NCBI RefSeq assembly: GCF_009914755.1
Contig: NC_060936.1
Direction: 5' to 3' (one strand)
DNA length: 64,000 bases
From: the human T2T-CHM13v2.0 reference genome, Homo sapiens
Every line of letters begins with the position of its first letter. The first letter of the stretch is position 1. The position numbers and the translations under genes are program-made. The notes beneath the pieces are model-generated. The model saw only the letters and a program-made list of their open reading frames with translations. It did not search any database and was not told the origin of the DNA. Below, piece after piece: positions 24,290-38,870 of this stretch.

Positions 24290-25462
24290 GTAAATCTCCA
24301 GTTGAAAAATGGGTCTGGCAAGATGTTACCTTTGGGTGATTTTTCTGCTGACAGAAGACAGACACCATTACATTCAAAGTCAGATTGTCTTTTATTTATT
24401 TATTTATTTATTTATTTATTTGAGACAGGGTCTTGCTCTATCACCTACAGATGGGGTTTCACCACGTTGGGTCTGGTGACCCAAATCTTTGGGTGATTTT
24501 TCTGCTGGAAGAGGACAAACACCATTACATTCAAAGTCAGATTTTCTGTTTTTTTTTTTTTTTTGTTTTTGTTTTTTTAATATTCATTTGTTTATTCATT
24601 TGAGACTGGGTCTTGCTCTGTCACGCAGGCTGGAGTGCAACCTCCCTGGGCTCAGTTGATCTTCCCTCAGCCTCTTGAGTAGCTGGGACTACAGGTGTGT
24701 GCCACCATGCCCAGCTAGTGTTTGTATTTTTTGTGGAGATGGTGTTTTGCCGCATTGCCCAGTGTGGTCTTGAACTAGTGCTCAAGAGGCCTGCCTCCTT
24801 CAACCTCTCAAAGTGTTAGGATTACAGATGTGAACTACTGTGCCTGATCCAAAGTCAGATTTTCTTTGCTTACTTAGTCAAGTTCGTCTATGCTTTTATT
24901 ATACTTAATATATTAGTATAGTTACTGTATTAGTATATTAGCATATTTAATATATTATTATACTTATCATACTTGAGTATATTGAGTATATTTACACTTT
25001 TAGTATATTTGTATACACACACCACATTTTTATTATTTATCTTTTTTTTGAGACAGAGTCTCCCTCTGTCTCCCAGGCTGAAGCACAGTTGGCTCACTGC
25101 AACCTCTGCCTCTTGGGCTCAAGTGATTCTCGTGCCTCACCCTCCTGAGTAGCAGGGATTACAGGTGTCCACCACCAAGCCTGGCTAATTTTTGTATTTT
25201 TAGTGGATATGGGGTTTTACCATGTTGGCCAGGCTGGTCTCGAACTCCTGACCTCAAATGATCTGCCCGCCTTGGCCTCCCAAAGTGCTGGAATTACTGG
25301 CGTGAGCCACTGCACCCAGCCTATTATCTGTCTTTTGATGGACATTTAAGTTGTCTCTATATACTAGCTATTGTGAATAATGCTGCAGTGAACATGAGAG
25401 TGCTTGAAAACACTAATGTAACATAAAGGTAACAAATAATAAATGTCATGTGTTTATCTTGA

Positions 25463-25663
<201 letters not shown>

Positions 25664-26157
25664 TAGACAGAATAGTATCATCAGCCTCCATGTACCCATT
25701 GCAGCTTCAACTATCAAATCTTTTTTTTTTTTTTTTTTTTTGAGACAGTCTTACTCTGTCACCCAGTCTGGAGTACAGTGTTGCAATCTTGGCTCACTAC
25801 AACCTCTGCTTCCTGGGTTCAAGCGATTCTCCTGCCTCAGCCTCCTGAGTAGCTGGGACTACAGGTGCCCACCACCATGCCCGGCTAGTTTTTGTGTTTT
25901 TAATAGAGATGGGGTTTCACCATGTTGGCCTGGCTGGTCTTGAATTCCCGACCTCAGGTTTTCTGCCCGCCTTGGCCTCCCGAAGTTTTGGGATTACAGG
26001 CGTGAGCTACCACGCCCGGCCCTAAATCTTTTCTTATTATGATTCCACTCACTGACTGCCGCTATAGTACTTGGAAACATATTCCAGATTTATATTATTC
26101 CCATATTTATCTGTAAAAGGCATTACAGAGGTTCTTTTTTTTTTTTTTTTTTTTTGA

Positions 26158-26265
<108 letters not shown>

Positions 26266-26812
26266 TAGCTGGGATTATAGGTGGTGCCACTACACCCAGC
26301 TAATTTTTGTATTTTTAGTAGAGATGGGGTTTCACCATGTTAGCCAGGCTGGTCTTGAACTCCTGACCTCAAGTGATCTGCCTGCCTCAGCCTCTCAAAG
26401 TGCTGGGATTATAGGCATGAGCCACTGCATCTGGCCTAAGGCTGTACAGAGTTTTAAAGCAAGTTTTCATTATAGATCCACTTCTGGTTACCTTTAGGTA
26501 ACCTCACTTATTCACTTTGGCATTGTTGCTATTTCAAATTTCACCTTTATGATAGTGGAAAATGATATAATCTCTCTAAATAATGTGGTCTATTCATAAA
26601 GAAAAATAGGCTTGAATTTATATCAGCAGAGTAAAGTGTATGTGAAGACTGAAGAAAGATACATTTTCTGGCTGAACAGAAAACACGGTGAAACGATTTG
26701 AAAACTTTTATTGTGAATTACAGGGTCCTATGAACCCTCTGTCCGTGCCTTTATGAATATCAACATAGACATGTTTTTTTTTTTTTTTTTGCATTAACAC
26801 CGTTTTCTGTAA

Positions 26813-26974
<162 letters not shown>

Positions 26975-27825
26975 TAAAAAACTGTTTTTACGTGAGTTGT
27001 TATATCCTATTTTTAGTGGAGGAGAAGTTGCTCTTGTGTTTGGAATTGGACCTGAGAGACTTGAAACTGACGTCCTTTTTTAATTCGGCCATTGATTGAC
27101 ACGGAGCAAGTTGCTGAGAGGGCTTCTTCGAAACAGAAGAGCATTGTGTTCTGAGGGAAGGGAGTTGGCAGTGAGTAGTCAATGGATGTGCTAGCCGCTC
27201 CATTTGGCTCTTTTGGTTTGGACTGGTGGCAAAATCTCAGAGAAACAAAAGGATCTAATTTCTTCGAAAGATTTCCAGCATGCACTGGGGTCTTTAGAAA
27301 CAATCTATAGCCTTAGTGCAGCAAATGAGTATGAGTAAAAGAGAAACACCTTGTGGTGGCTTTTTTTTTTTTTTTTTTGAGACAGGGTCTCGCTCTGTCG
27401 CCGAAGCTGGAGTGTAGTGGCGTGATCTCGGTTTACTGCAGCCCCGTCCTCCCTGGGCTCAAGTGATCTTCCCATCTCAGCCTACTGAGTAGCTGGGACT
27501 ACAGGCACATGCCCCTATGCCTGGCTAATTTTTGTATTTTTGGTAGAGATGAGGTTTTGCAGTGTTGCCCAGGCTGGTCTTGAACTCTTGGGCTCAAGTG
27601 ATCCTCCTACTTAAGCTTCCCGAGTAGCTGGGACTACAGGCACACGATACCATGCCCATCTAATTTTTGTATTTTTTTGTAGAGATGGGGTTTTGCAGTG
27701 TTGCCCAGGCTGGTCTTGAACTCTTGGGCTCAAGTGATCCTCCAGCTTTGACGTGCCAAATGTGGTGGCTTTAATTTCAGAGTTCAAATTGATAACTCTG
27801 GTAAGTTAAGTGAACTGATTTCTTT

Positions 27826-28594
27826 TTTTTTTAAATTATTTTTGTTGATTATACTTTAAGTTCTGGGATATATGTGCAGAACGTGCAGGTTTGTACATAG
27901 GTATACATGTGCCATCATGGTTTGCTGCACACATTAACCCATCATTTAGGTTTTAAGTCCTGCATGCATTAGGTGTTTGTCCTAATGCTCTCCCTCCCCT
28001 TTAATGCATCAGTGAAAAAGTGATGATAGGCTGGGCGTGGTGGCTCACTCCTGTAATCTCAGCACTTTGAGAGGGTGAGGCAGGTGGACCACTTGAATCC
28101 AGGAGTTTGCCCCCATCCCCAGACAGTGTGTGTGATGTTCCCCTCCCTGTGTCCATGTGTTCTCATTGTTTGGTTTTCTGTTCCTGTGTTAGTTTGCTGA
28201 GAATGATGGTTTCCAGCTTCATCCATGACCCTGCAAAGGACATGAACTCATTCTTTTTTTATGGCTGCATAGTATTCCATGGTGTGTATGTGCCACATTT
28301 TCTTTATCCGGTCTATCATTGATGGGCATTTGGGTTGGTTCCAAGTCTTTGCTATTGTAAATAGTGCTGCAATAAACATATGTGTGCATATGTCTTTATA
28401 GTAGAATGTTTTATAATCCTTTGGGTATATACCCAGTAATGGGATTGCTGGGTCAAATGGTATTTCTGGTTCTAGATCCTTGAGGAGTCACCACACTGTC
28501 TTCCACAATGGTTCAACTAATTTACACTCCCACCAACAGTGTAAAAGCATTCCTATTTCTCCACATCTTCTCCAGCATCTGTTGTTTCCTGACT
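27826..28594 (-). mobile_element. 5'-truncated primate L1PA 3' end with TSD
   Basis: atactttaagttctggg...cccagtaatgggattgctgggtcaaatgg...ccagcatctgttgtttcctgac; TSD ttaagtgaactgat(t/c)tcttt at 27806-27825 and 28595-28614. Confidence 0.92.
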
Positions 28595-30553
28595 TTAAGT
28601 GAACTGATCTCTTTCCTGAAACTAACTTGGGTTGGAGAATGTCCCTGATGGGAATGTGCTGTGTTCCCATTGCACTCTTCTATATCACTTACCCATTGAC
28701 AATGTGATCTCTTTCATTTTCTCCTCATCCATTTGACAGAAAACTTCAAAAACAAGGATTCTGGCATATTTACCTTTGCAGTTGTCCCCAGCATGTAGCA
28801 CGGTGCCTAGTACACAGAAGAAACTCCATAAATGTTTGTTGAATGAGATTTACATTTAACTCATGTTTACATCATTTTATTTTCCTGTTCTGTTTTATGG
28901 GAATGATTATTCTATGCTTTTTGAGGACTACAATTTATAAATATTTGTGGATTGAATGAATAAGTGAATACTGGGCAAATAAAGTCCTTTTAGCCAGAGT
29001 ATGTCTGAACAACTTGCTGAGATAGATATGATTTCCCATTTTCCAGCTGAGGGGCCTAAGGGAGGTTAAGTAAATTATTCAATCTTCATACCACAGTTTT
29101 TGTTTTGTTTTGTTTTGTTTTTTTTCCTCCTGAGACAGAGTCTCACTTTGCTGCCATACTGGAGTACAGTGGTGCAATCATAGCTCACTGCAGCGTCCAA
29201 CTTCTGGGCTCACGCCATCCTCCCACCTCAGCCTCCTGAGTAGCTGGTACTACAGGTGTGCACCACCATAGCCGGCTAATTTTTCATTTTTTGTAGATAT
29301 GGGGTCTCACTGTGTTACTCAGGTTGGTCTTGAACTTCTGAGCTCAAACAATTCTCCTGTCTTGGCCTCTCAAAGTGTTGGGATTACAGGTGTGAGCCAC
29401 TGTGCCCGGCCCATACCACAGATATTGATTGAATTCCAGCAGTGGGGAGGAGTGTGGAATAGAACATTCTCAGTCCTTGCTCAACATTACTGAACAGAGA
29501 CTTGAATTTGAGTTTATTCTCTCATCCCAGGCTTCGCGTTAGGCTCTGAAGACACTAGTGAACAAGACAGACAGGGTTACTGCCTTTAAAGGGAGCTTTT
29601 AGTTGAGAGAAGGAAAACAGTGATGAAAAGCATCAGTGAAAAAGTGATGATAGGCTGGGGCGTAGTGGCTACTCCTGTAATCTCAGCACTTTTAGAGGGT
29701 GAGGCAGGCAGCTCACTTGATTCCAGGAGTTTGAGACCAGGCTGGGCAACATGGTAAAACCCCGTCTCTACAAAAAATACAAAAAGTAGCTGGGTGTGGG
29801 GGTGCGCACCCACAGTCCCAGCTACTCTGGGGGTTGAGGTGGGAGGATTGCTCGAGCCTGGGAGATTGAGGCTGCAGTGAGCTGAGATCACGTCACTGCT
29901 CTCCAGCCTGAGCAACAGAGCCAGAACCTGTCCCAAAAAAAAAAAAAATTGATGATAAACATAGTGAGACAGAATTTTGAAATCTCAGCCTCACTGTTGC
30001 CTTCCTTGTCCCCTGCCTGCCTAAATAATAAAAGGCAGCATTTCAGCAGTCATTCATTTCATTACTTTCACTTCATTTCACCTTCATAAAGCCTCATGAG
30101 GTAAGATGGGAAGATACAGAAGTTTTAGAAACCGCTCATCAAAATTGAATGGAAAGCCGATTGTTCCAAAACTTTTTAGTGTGGAAAATTTCTATTATAT
30201 GCAAAAGTAGAGAGAATGGGATAGTTATAGCAGTATACCTGACACCCAGCATTAACAACTGTTGATAATATGGCCAATCTTTTTCGACTCTGCCCCACTC
30301 ACTTCCCCAGCCCTGACTTGTCTTGAAGCAAATACTTTTTTTTTTTTTTTGAGATAGAGTTTTGTTTTGTTTTGTTTTTTGTTTTTGAGATGGAGTCTCA
30401 CTCTGTCCCCCAAGCTGGAGTGCTGTGGCTTGATCTTGGCTCACTACAACCTCCGCCTCCTGGGTTCAAGTGATTCTTGTGCCTCAGCCTCCTGAGTAAC
30501 TGGGATTACAGGTGTGTACCACCATGCCCAGCTAATTTTTGTATTTTTAGTAG

Positions 30554-30670
<117 letters not shown>

Positions 30671-30808
30671 TGAAGCAAATCTTAACACATCATTTCGTCT
30701 GTAACTATTTTATTTCAAAAAATTATAACCTGAATAGCATTATCATATCTAAAACTATTAACAGTATTTCCTTAATATTAACACATATCAGTCACATTTT
30801 CCTGATTG

Positions 30809-30810
<2 letters not shown>

Positions 30811-30844
<34 letters not shown>
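30811..30844. repeat. (AC)17 microsatellite
   Basis: Direct reading. Confidence 0.97.
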
Positions 30845-30850
<6 letters not shown>

Positions 30851-30871
30851 TTTGTGTTTTTTTCTTTTTAG

Positions 30872-30973
<102 letters not shown>

Positions 30974-30976
30974 TGA

Positions 30977-31159
<183 letters not shown>

Positions 31160-31491
31160 TGAATTGGGAGTGCTTTCTTCCACCTTGATTATGAAAAAAT
31201 TTCAAATGTGTATAAAACAGATTCATATAAAGGATCCTGATATGCCATTATCAGCTTTATCAATTATCCCTGTCATCATATTTTTTATTTATAAATATTT
31301 CAATATTTGTGGAATCCTTAAAAATGCATCACATAACCCAACATTGTTCATATTATACCAATTGTCTTATAATTTAAAAATATTTTGTTCAATCATTTTT
31401 CAGATAAGCTTCACACACTGTGGTTGGCTAAGTCTCATAATATTTCTGTTGTAAAAATCTTAAGTCTGGGCGTGGTGGCACACGGCTGTCA

Positions 31492-31766
<275 letters not shown>

Positions 31767-32964
31767 TTAAGTCTCTTAGAATACTTTGATGCCCCTTCCA
31801 TCTCTCTTTTTCTGTCTTCCTTCCCCCTCTCCCTGTCTTTTCTGCTGTTGAAGAAAGCAGATCATTTGTCCTGAGAGTTACTTATAGTCTGAATTTTGCT
31901 GAGTGCCTCTCTGTGGTGGACTTAAGCATGTATCCATCCCTTATATTTCTTGTAAGTTGATATATCTAGAGACTTCATTGGATACAAGTTTTCTTTGGCA
32001 AGATAGCATGTATGGTGGTGTATCAGGAGGTGTTTATGTCCTGTTGTTTCTTCTCTGATTTTCTTAGCAGCTCCTGATCATTATTACTTAGATCCATTAA
32101 TTCATAAGGGACTATATGGTAGTGATATTGTAATTTTATCATTCTTCTTCATTTGTTAGGTTGGCATATTTCTATAAAAAGCTTTTCATCGCCGAGGGTT
32201 GATTTTTTCCTTCTTACTAAGCAGTTTTCTTTTCTTTTTCTTTTTTTTTTTTTTGAGGTAGGTCTCACTGTGTTGCTCAGGCTGGTGTGCAGTGGCGCAA
32301 ACACACAGTTGCGAACTCTTGGGCTGAGGTGATCCTCCTGCCTCAGTTTCCTGTGTAGTTGGGACCACAGGTGCATGCCACCATGCCTGGCTAATTTTTT
32401 GATTCTTTTGTAGAGATGAGGTCTCACTTTATTTCCCAGGCTGGTCTTGAATGTCTGGGCTCAAGCAATCTTTCTACCTCAGCCTCCTGAGTAGCTGGGA
32501 CTACAGGCACATACCACCATGCCCAGCTAATTTTTTAATTTTTATTTTTAGTAGAGATGTGGTCGTATTATGTTGCTCAGGATGGTCTCGAACTGCAGAG
32601 CTCAAGTGATCCTCCTGCCTCAGCCTCCCAGTGTGCTGGGATTATAGGTGTACTACAGGCAAGAGCCAATGAGCCTGGTCAGATTTTTTTTTCCTGATTT
32701 GAAATCTGTTATGGGTTCAATTGATACTTCCAAATCAAACTCAGGGTTTCAGGATTTTTACTAACCTCATTGATCTTACCCATGTATCTCCTTTCTCTAA
32801 TGCCAAAAATCCTACTTCTTGAAGCCATAATAAGATTATTCATTTGTTTTATCCCACATTACACACAACAATCTTAGAATAATGACTTCCCAATAATATG
32901 ATTACTGAAAACAGTTTAATTTTTTTTGCGCTTTTCAAAAAAATCCTTCAGAGATGTGTAGTCA

Positions 32965-33105
<141 letters not shown>

Positions 33106-36100
33106 TTAAAAATTAACCAGACATGGTGGCATGTCCCTATAGTCCCAGCTATTGAGAGGCTGTGGCGAGAGTAGGCTTAAGCCCAGGAGTTTGAAGCTGC
33201 AGTGAGATACGATTGTGACACTGTACTCTAGGGTGACAGAGCAGGGACCCTGTTTTTAAAAAAAAAAAATGAAAAAACTTCCTGTGCCTTAGACTCATTT
33301 GTAATCGTCCTTCTCTCTGTGTGGCTATATGCTAACTGGGTATATGGTTAGTTTATTTGTTTCATTTAAAAAATCTCTTTCTGTTAAGTTTTATTTATAA
33401 TTACACAAATACTGGCTTTGATAGTCAAATTGAAAAAACAAAGTGTATTCAAAGAAGTCTACCTTCTATCCTTGTCCTTTCCTATGTTTTAGCCATAGTA
33501 TAAAAAGTTATGGTTTATCATTATATTTCAAAAATATAAGAAGATATTCCCATATCCCACTTTTTCTTAAACAGTAGCATAACTTTACATACTTTTTTCT
33601 AACCTTGCTTTTTTAAATATCCTGGACATCCTGGATATCCATAATAGTGTCTAGAGATAGTCTTCATTCTTTTTTTACTGTATAGTAATCCACTGTGTAC
33701 TTGTACCATAGTTTATTCAACCTATTGATGGGCATTTGGGTAGTTTCCAAATGTATCACAGAGAGGATTACAGTGAATAGCCTTGTGTATGCATCCTGCT
33801 TTACTTTTGCTGACTACTGGTAATATTAACATTTTTTATGTTCTGTATTTAAAAAATGGTGGTTATTATTCATCTATAACTTTTATTATACATGACTTTG
33901 GTTAGCATGCTTTAACCTTTTAGCATAACATTTGCAAGCTACTTGTTTTAATTAAAATTTTGGTTAAATGTAAAAAATAGTGAGCTATTTTGTAATCTAG
34001 ATTCAATAGAATCTTATACTTCCTTTACAAATGATAGCTGAGTTGATCATTTGTGTAAATGACTGTGAACTTAAAAATTACAGCATTTTTTAAAATAAAT
34101 TTTTTTAACATTTTAAAATTATTTAAAATAATAGACACACAAAGTAAAAAGAGAAGAAAAAAAAAAGAGACAGGGTCTTGCTATGTTGCCCAGGCTGGTC
34201 TCAAACTCCCAGGCTCAAATGATCCTCCTGCCTTGGCCTCCTAAAGTGTAAGCCACCACACTTGGCAAAAATTAGTTTCTTTAAAACAAAAACATTACAG
34301 GTTATCTGGTACCATGGTAGCTTCTTTAACACTAGGTTCACTTAGAACAAAGCTTAGGAACAAAGTCAGACTTTCACAAAGAGCTTGTGTGGCAATGGGG
34401 TATTTTTTGCAAATTCCATTGGTGGGGTCAAGATGTGAGTTTAGAAGGAACTCTTAGCCTGACTCTTCTGGCCATGGAAAAAGATGGTTGCTTCTAAATG
34501 CTGACCTGGTGATTTTACACTGTCACATCTCAAATTGTGGTCATCTTTTATACATTATTAACAACAAAAGGGAAAAATTGAGTTGACTTTAAGAGGAAGT
34601 GGAAAATAACGAGATCACATCTGTACTCTACAGGCTCTCCACAGAGGTCAGACTGAGGTGGTAAAATTGTTGTGCACTAAATTAGGGCATTAACGTTTCA
34701 TGGAAACTGAAGCTATATCTAAATAGCTGATGGCCTGCTTTCTAGATCTCCTATATACCTGCTTCTCAAATTCAGTCTGTTTTAAAAAATTGCCCTTTGA
34801 GGTTGGAACCAGCGAAATAAGGCTGAAAACAGAATAAGCCATTATTGAAAAAATTAGGAACTTGGAAGCAGATACTCATAATCTAAATCCTCTGAAGCTA
34901 AAGTTTGATCCACAATAGCAAAGCATTATCATTTTAGTGATTGTACCTTAGTTGTTTCCTGGCAGGTGATAAATTTGGGATCACTTTCTTCTTACAGTGT
35001 GCTCTGATAGTCTTTAAAACAAACCAGAGCTCTAAATTGTAATGCCATTGGTAATTTAACTCTGATTTGTCTCTATGCCTGTCTCCTGGTGTTCTGTAAA
35101 ATTCTACACGTCATTTCAGGTATCACTATCCAGAAGACGTTACTTTTGCCTTTGATGCACTTTAAAATGTGAAGTCTCTTGTGAAGCTCTTTGGTTATTT
35201 TCTCCTTTGCTGCTGAAATAAATTCAGGTTGATGATTTTCTTGTAGGATATGTTGTGTGATCTAGACATTGCAAACCCAAGTCTTTGATTTTTTTTTCCC
35301 TACAGATTGCCTGTTTCTTTTTTATTTTAATTTTTATTAGTTATTATTATTTTTGAGATGGAGTCTCACTCTGTCACCCAGGCTGGAGTGCAGAGGTGTG
35401 ATAGCTCACTGCAACCTCCACCTCCCGGGTTCTTGTGCCTCAGCCACCCAGGTAGCTGGGATTACAGGCACGTACCACCACTCTCAGCTAATTTTTTTGT
35501 ATTTTTAGTAGGGATGGGATTTCTCCATGTTGGCCAGGCTGATCTCAAACTCCTGACCTTAAGTGATCTTCCTGCCTTGGTCTCTGAAAGTGTTGGGATT
35601 ACAGGTGTGAGCCACTGTGCCTGGCCAGTTATTAATTTTTTTAAAGAGATGGGGTCTCACTATCTTGCCCAGGCTGGAGTGCAGTGGCTCTTTACAGGCA
35701 CTGTTGTAGTGCACTGCAGCCTTGAACTCCTGGGCTCAAGTGATCCTCCTGAGAGGCTGGAATTACAGGCACACACCACTGTGTCCAACAGATTGCCCAT
35801 TTGTGATCTGTGTAAATATCTCTCACTTCCTGCAGTATCTCTGCTCAAGAATGTAAAGAGATGGATAATATTTTTAGATTTGTTGAAACAAAGTAAAGTT
35901 CTGCTCAAATGAGAATGACACTAACTAAATGAAAAGGCCGGTTATAATTCTGTAATTTTGTGCCTGCAATGTGTGTGTTATTGTACACTTGAATCGGCCC
36001 TGTGCATTGTGGCGAGGTGCATATTGCATGGTTGTATTGAAAAGGTGCTTGGGCCGGGCGTGGTGGCTCACACCTGTAATCCCAGCAATTTGGGAGGCTG

Positions 36101-36869
36101 AGGCAGCTGGATTACCTGAGGTTAGGAGTTCAAGACCAGCCTGGCCAACATGGTGAAACCCTGTTTCTAGTAAAAAATACAAAAAATTAGCTGGGTGTGG
36201 TGGTGGGTGCCTGTAATACCAGCTACTAGGGAGGCTAAGGCAGGGAGAATTGCTTAAACCTGGGAGGCAGAGGTTGCAGTGAGCTGAGATTGTGCCACTG
36301 CACTCCAGCCTGAGTGTATCACAAAAAAAAAAAAAAAAGGTTTTTGCCCTCTCTCTGTGCCTGCTGCTCCCTGTTGAGTCCTATAGGCCTGAGCTGCCAG
36401 GGGGTACTGTGGGCTGAGACTGGACATTGCAACCGACTGCAAGGCACCGTGGGACCCAGGTTGTGGATGGACTGTCTCTCGGGCTTTCTTCTTTCCATTC
36501 ATCTTCCTCCTCTAACTCCCCTCTGTATCCAGTATCCTTGCTCTCCATACACCTGCTTCATTCTTTTTCCTTCAGTAGATTTTTCTGCTTCTTGACTTAC
36601 AAACCCTACTTCTAGCCCCTTTCAGATATTGAAACTAGCAACTTTCAGGCTTTGTACCAAAGTCTCAGAGATTCTCATTGACTCGGATGCCATCCATCTC
36701 TAGTCCAAAGAACAATGTCAAGGACATGAACATGTGGAACAAAAGTGTCTGCTGTGGACACCTTTGGGGAGAAATAGTTTTCAGTGATGAGGGTTGTAGT
36801 GAGTTGGGCAGATATCCCAAAAATATCTGCCAAAAACTATAGACACTTCTGGTTGCAGTGACTTATTCC

Positions 36870-37310
36870 TTCCTTCATTCAGCAAATACTGATTGAACAC
36901 CGACTGTATGTCTGGATCTATTCTAGGTTTTGGGGGTGGAGCAGTGAACAAATCAGTCTTTATCTTTATAGAGTGTACAGTCAAGTGGGAGAGACAGGCA
37001 GTAAACAAAGAAACAGTTCAATATTCAATCTGTGAGATGGTGATAAGTGCTACAGAGAAAACAAACTAGTGTAAGATAAAAAGGGTGTTTTGATAGGCCT
37101 TTACTATTTAGGTCTCTTTGATAAGGTGGCATTTGAACAAAGCTCTGAAGGAAATAATGGAGCCAACCATGCATATAACCTCAGGGAGAACATTCTAGGT
37201 AGAGGGAACAGCAAGTGCAAAGGCCCTGAAGTGGGGGTTTGTTTACCTTGTTGCACAATCTGCACACAGGCCAGTACAATTGGAATGGATGGGAAATGTA
37301 AAAGAGAGAA
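36870..37310. mobile_element. L2-like fossil
   Basis: ttcattcagcaaatactgattgaacacc...ggtagagggaacagcaagtgcaaaggccctga. Confidence 0.7.
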
Positions 37311-38167
37311 GTTGAAAAGGCCAGGTGCAGTGGCTCATGCCTACAATCCCAGCATTTTGGGAGGCTGAAGTGGGAGGAATTTGAGATCAGCCTGGGCAAC
37401 AGAACCAGACCTCGGGCTAATTTTTGTATTTTTAGTAGAGACAGGGTTTCACCATATTGGCCAGGCTGATCTCAAACTCCTGACCTCAGGTGATCCTCCT
37501 GCCTCAGCCTCCCAAAGTGCTAGGATTACAGGTGTGAGCCATGGCCCCCAGCCGTATCTTTGTCTTAAAAAGTAATCTCTGTGCTTGGTAGGCCAAGAAT
37601 TTAAAATATAAAAAATTTAAGAAAGAAAAAAAATAAGTAAAGTAACTATACAGGTTGGTCTGGCCGTAATGGTGAGTGTCATTATTTTTCTTCCCTAGGT
37701 ATTTTGGCTCTGTTGCTCAGAGCAGTGCAGGCGAAATGGTCATTAGGGCATCGTCATGGTGCCTGGGGATGCCTGGCTCAGCCAGTTTATTTTCTGTCTG
37801 CCTCTCTCCTTGGTCCTTTTCCTCCACTTTCATTCATGAAATTCTAGTCAAGAGCTGGGTCCAGTGGTTTTCAATCCAAGGGCTTTGGAAGCCTCTGGGG
37901 TCTATTTTGGTCATTGCAGTCACTGGGCTGCTGCTCCTGGCATTTAGGTTGGCAGGGGTCTGGGCTGGGAAGCAGGAATGTTCAGTGGCCATAAATGTAA
38001 GGGTTGGTCTTACATTTACATAAGGGAGACAATGAAAACTTAACTCCTCCACAGTAGTGGAGTAGTGCCGTTGGGTACTCACAGTCAGTAGTGCCGTTGG
38101 GTACTCACATGTACAACATGGATCAGGACATTGACTTTCTGTGGATACCTTTTAATAGTTTATTAGA

Positions 38168-38870
<703 letters not shown>

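Noticed and set aside
38061-38109. CRISPR-like repeat-spacer array
   Set aside because: Only two copies with a 3-nt spacer in eukaryotic intron DNA, and no cas genes
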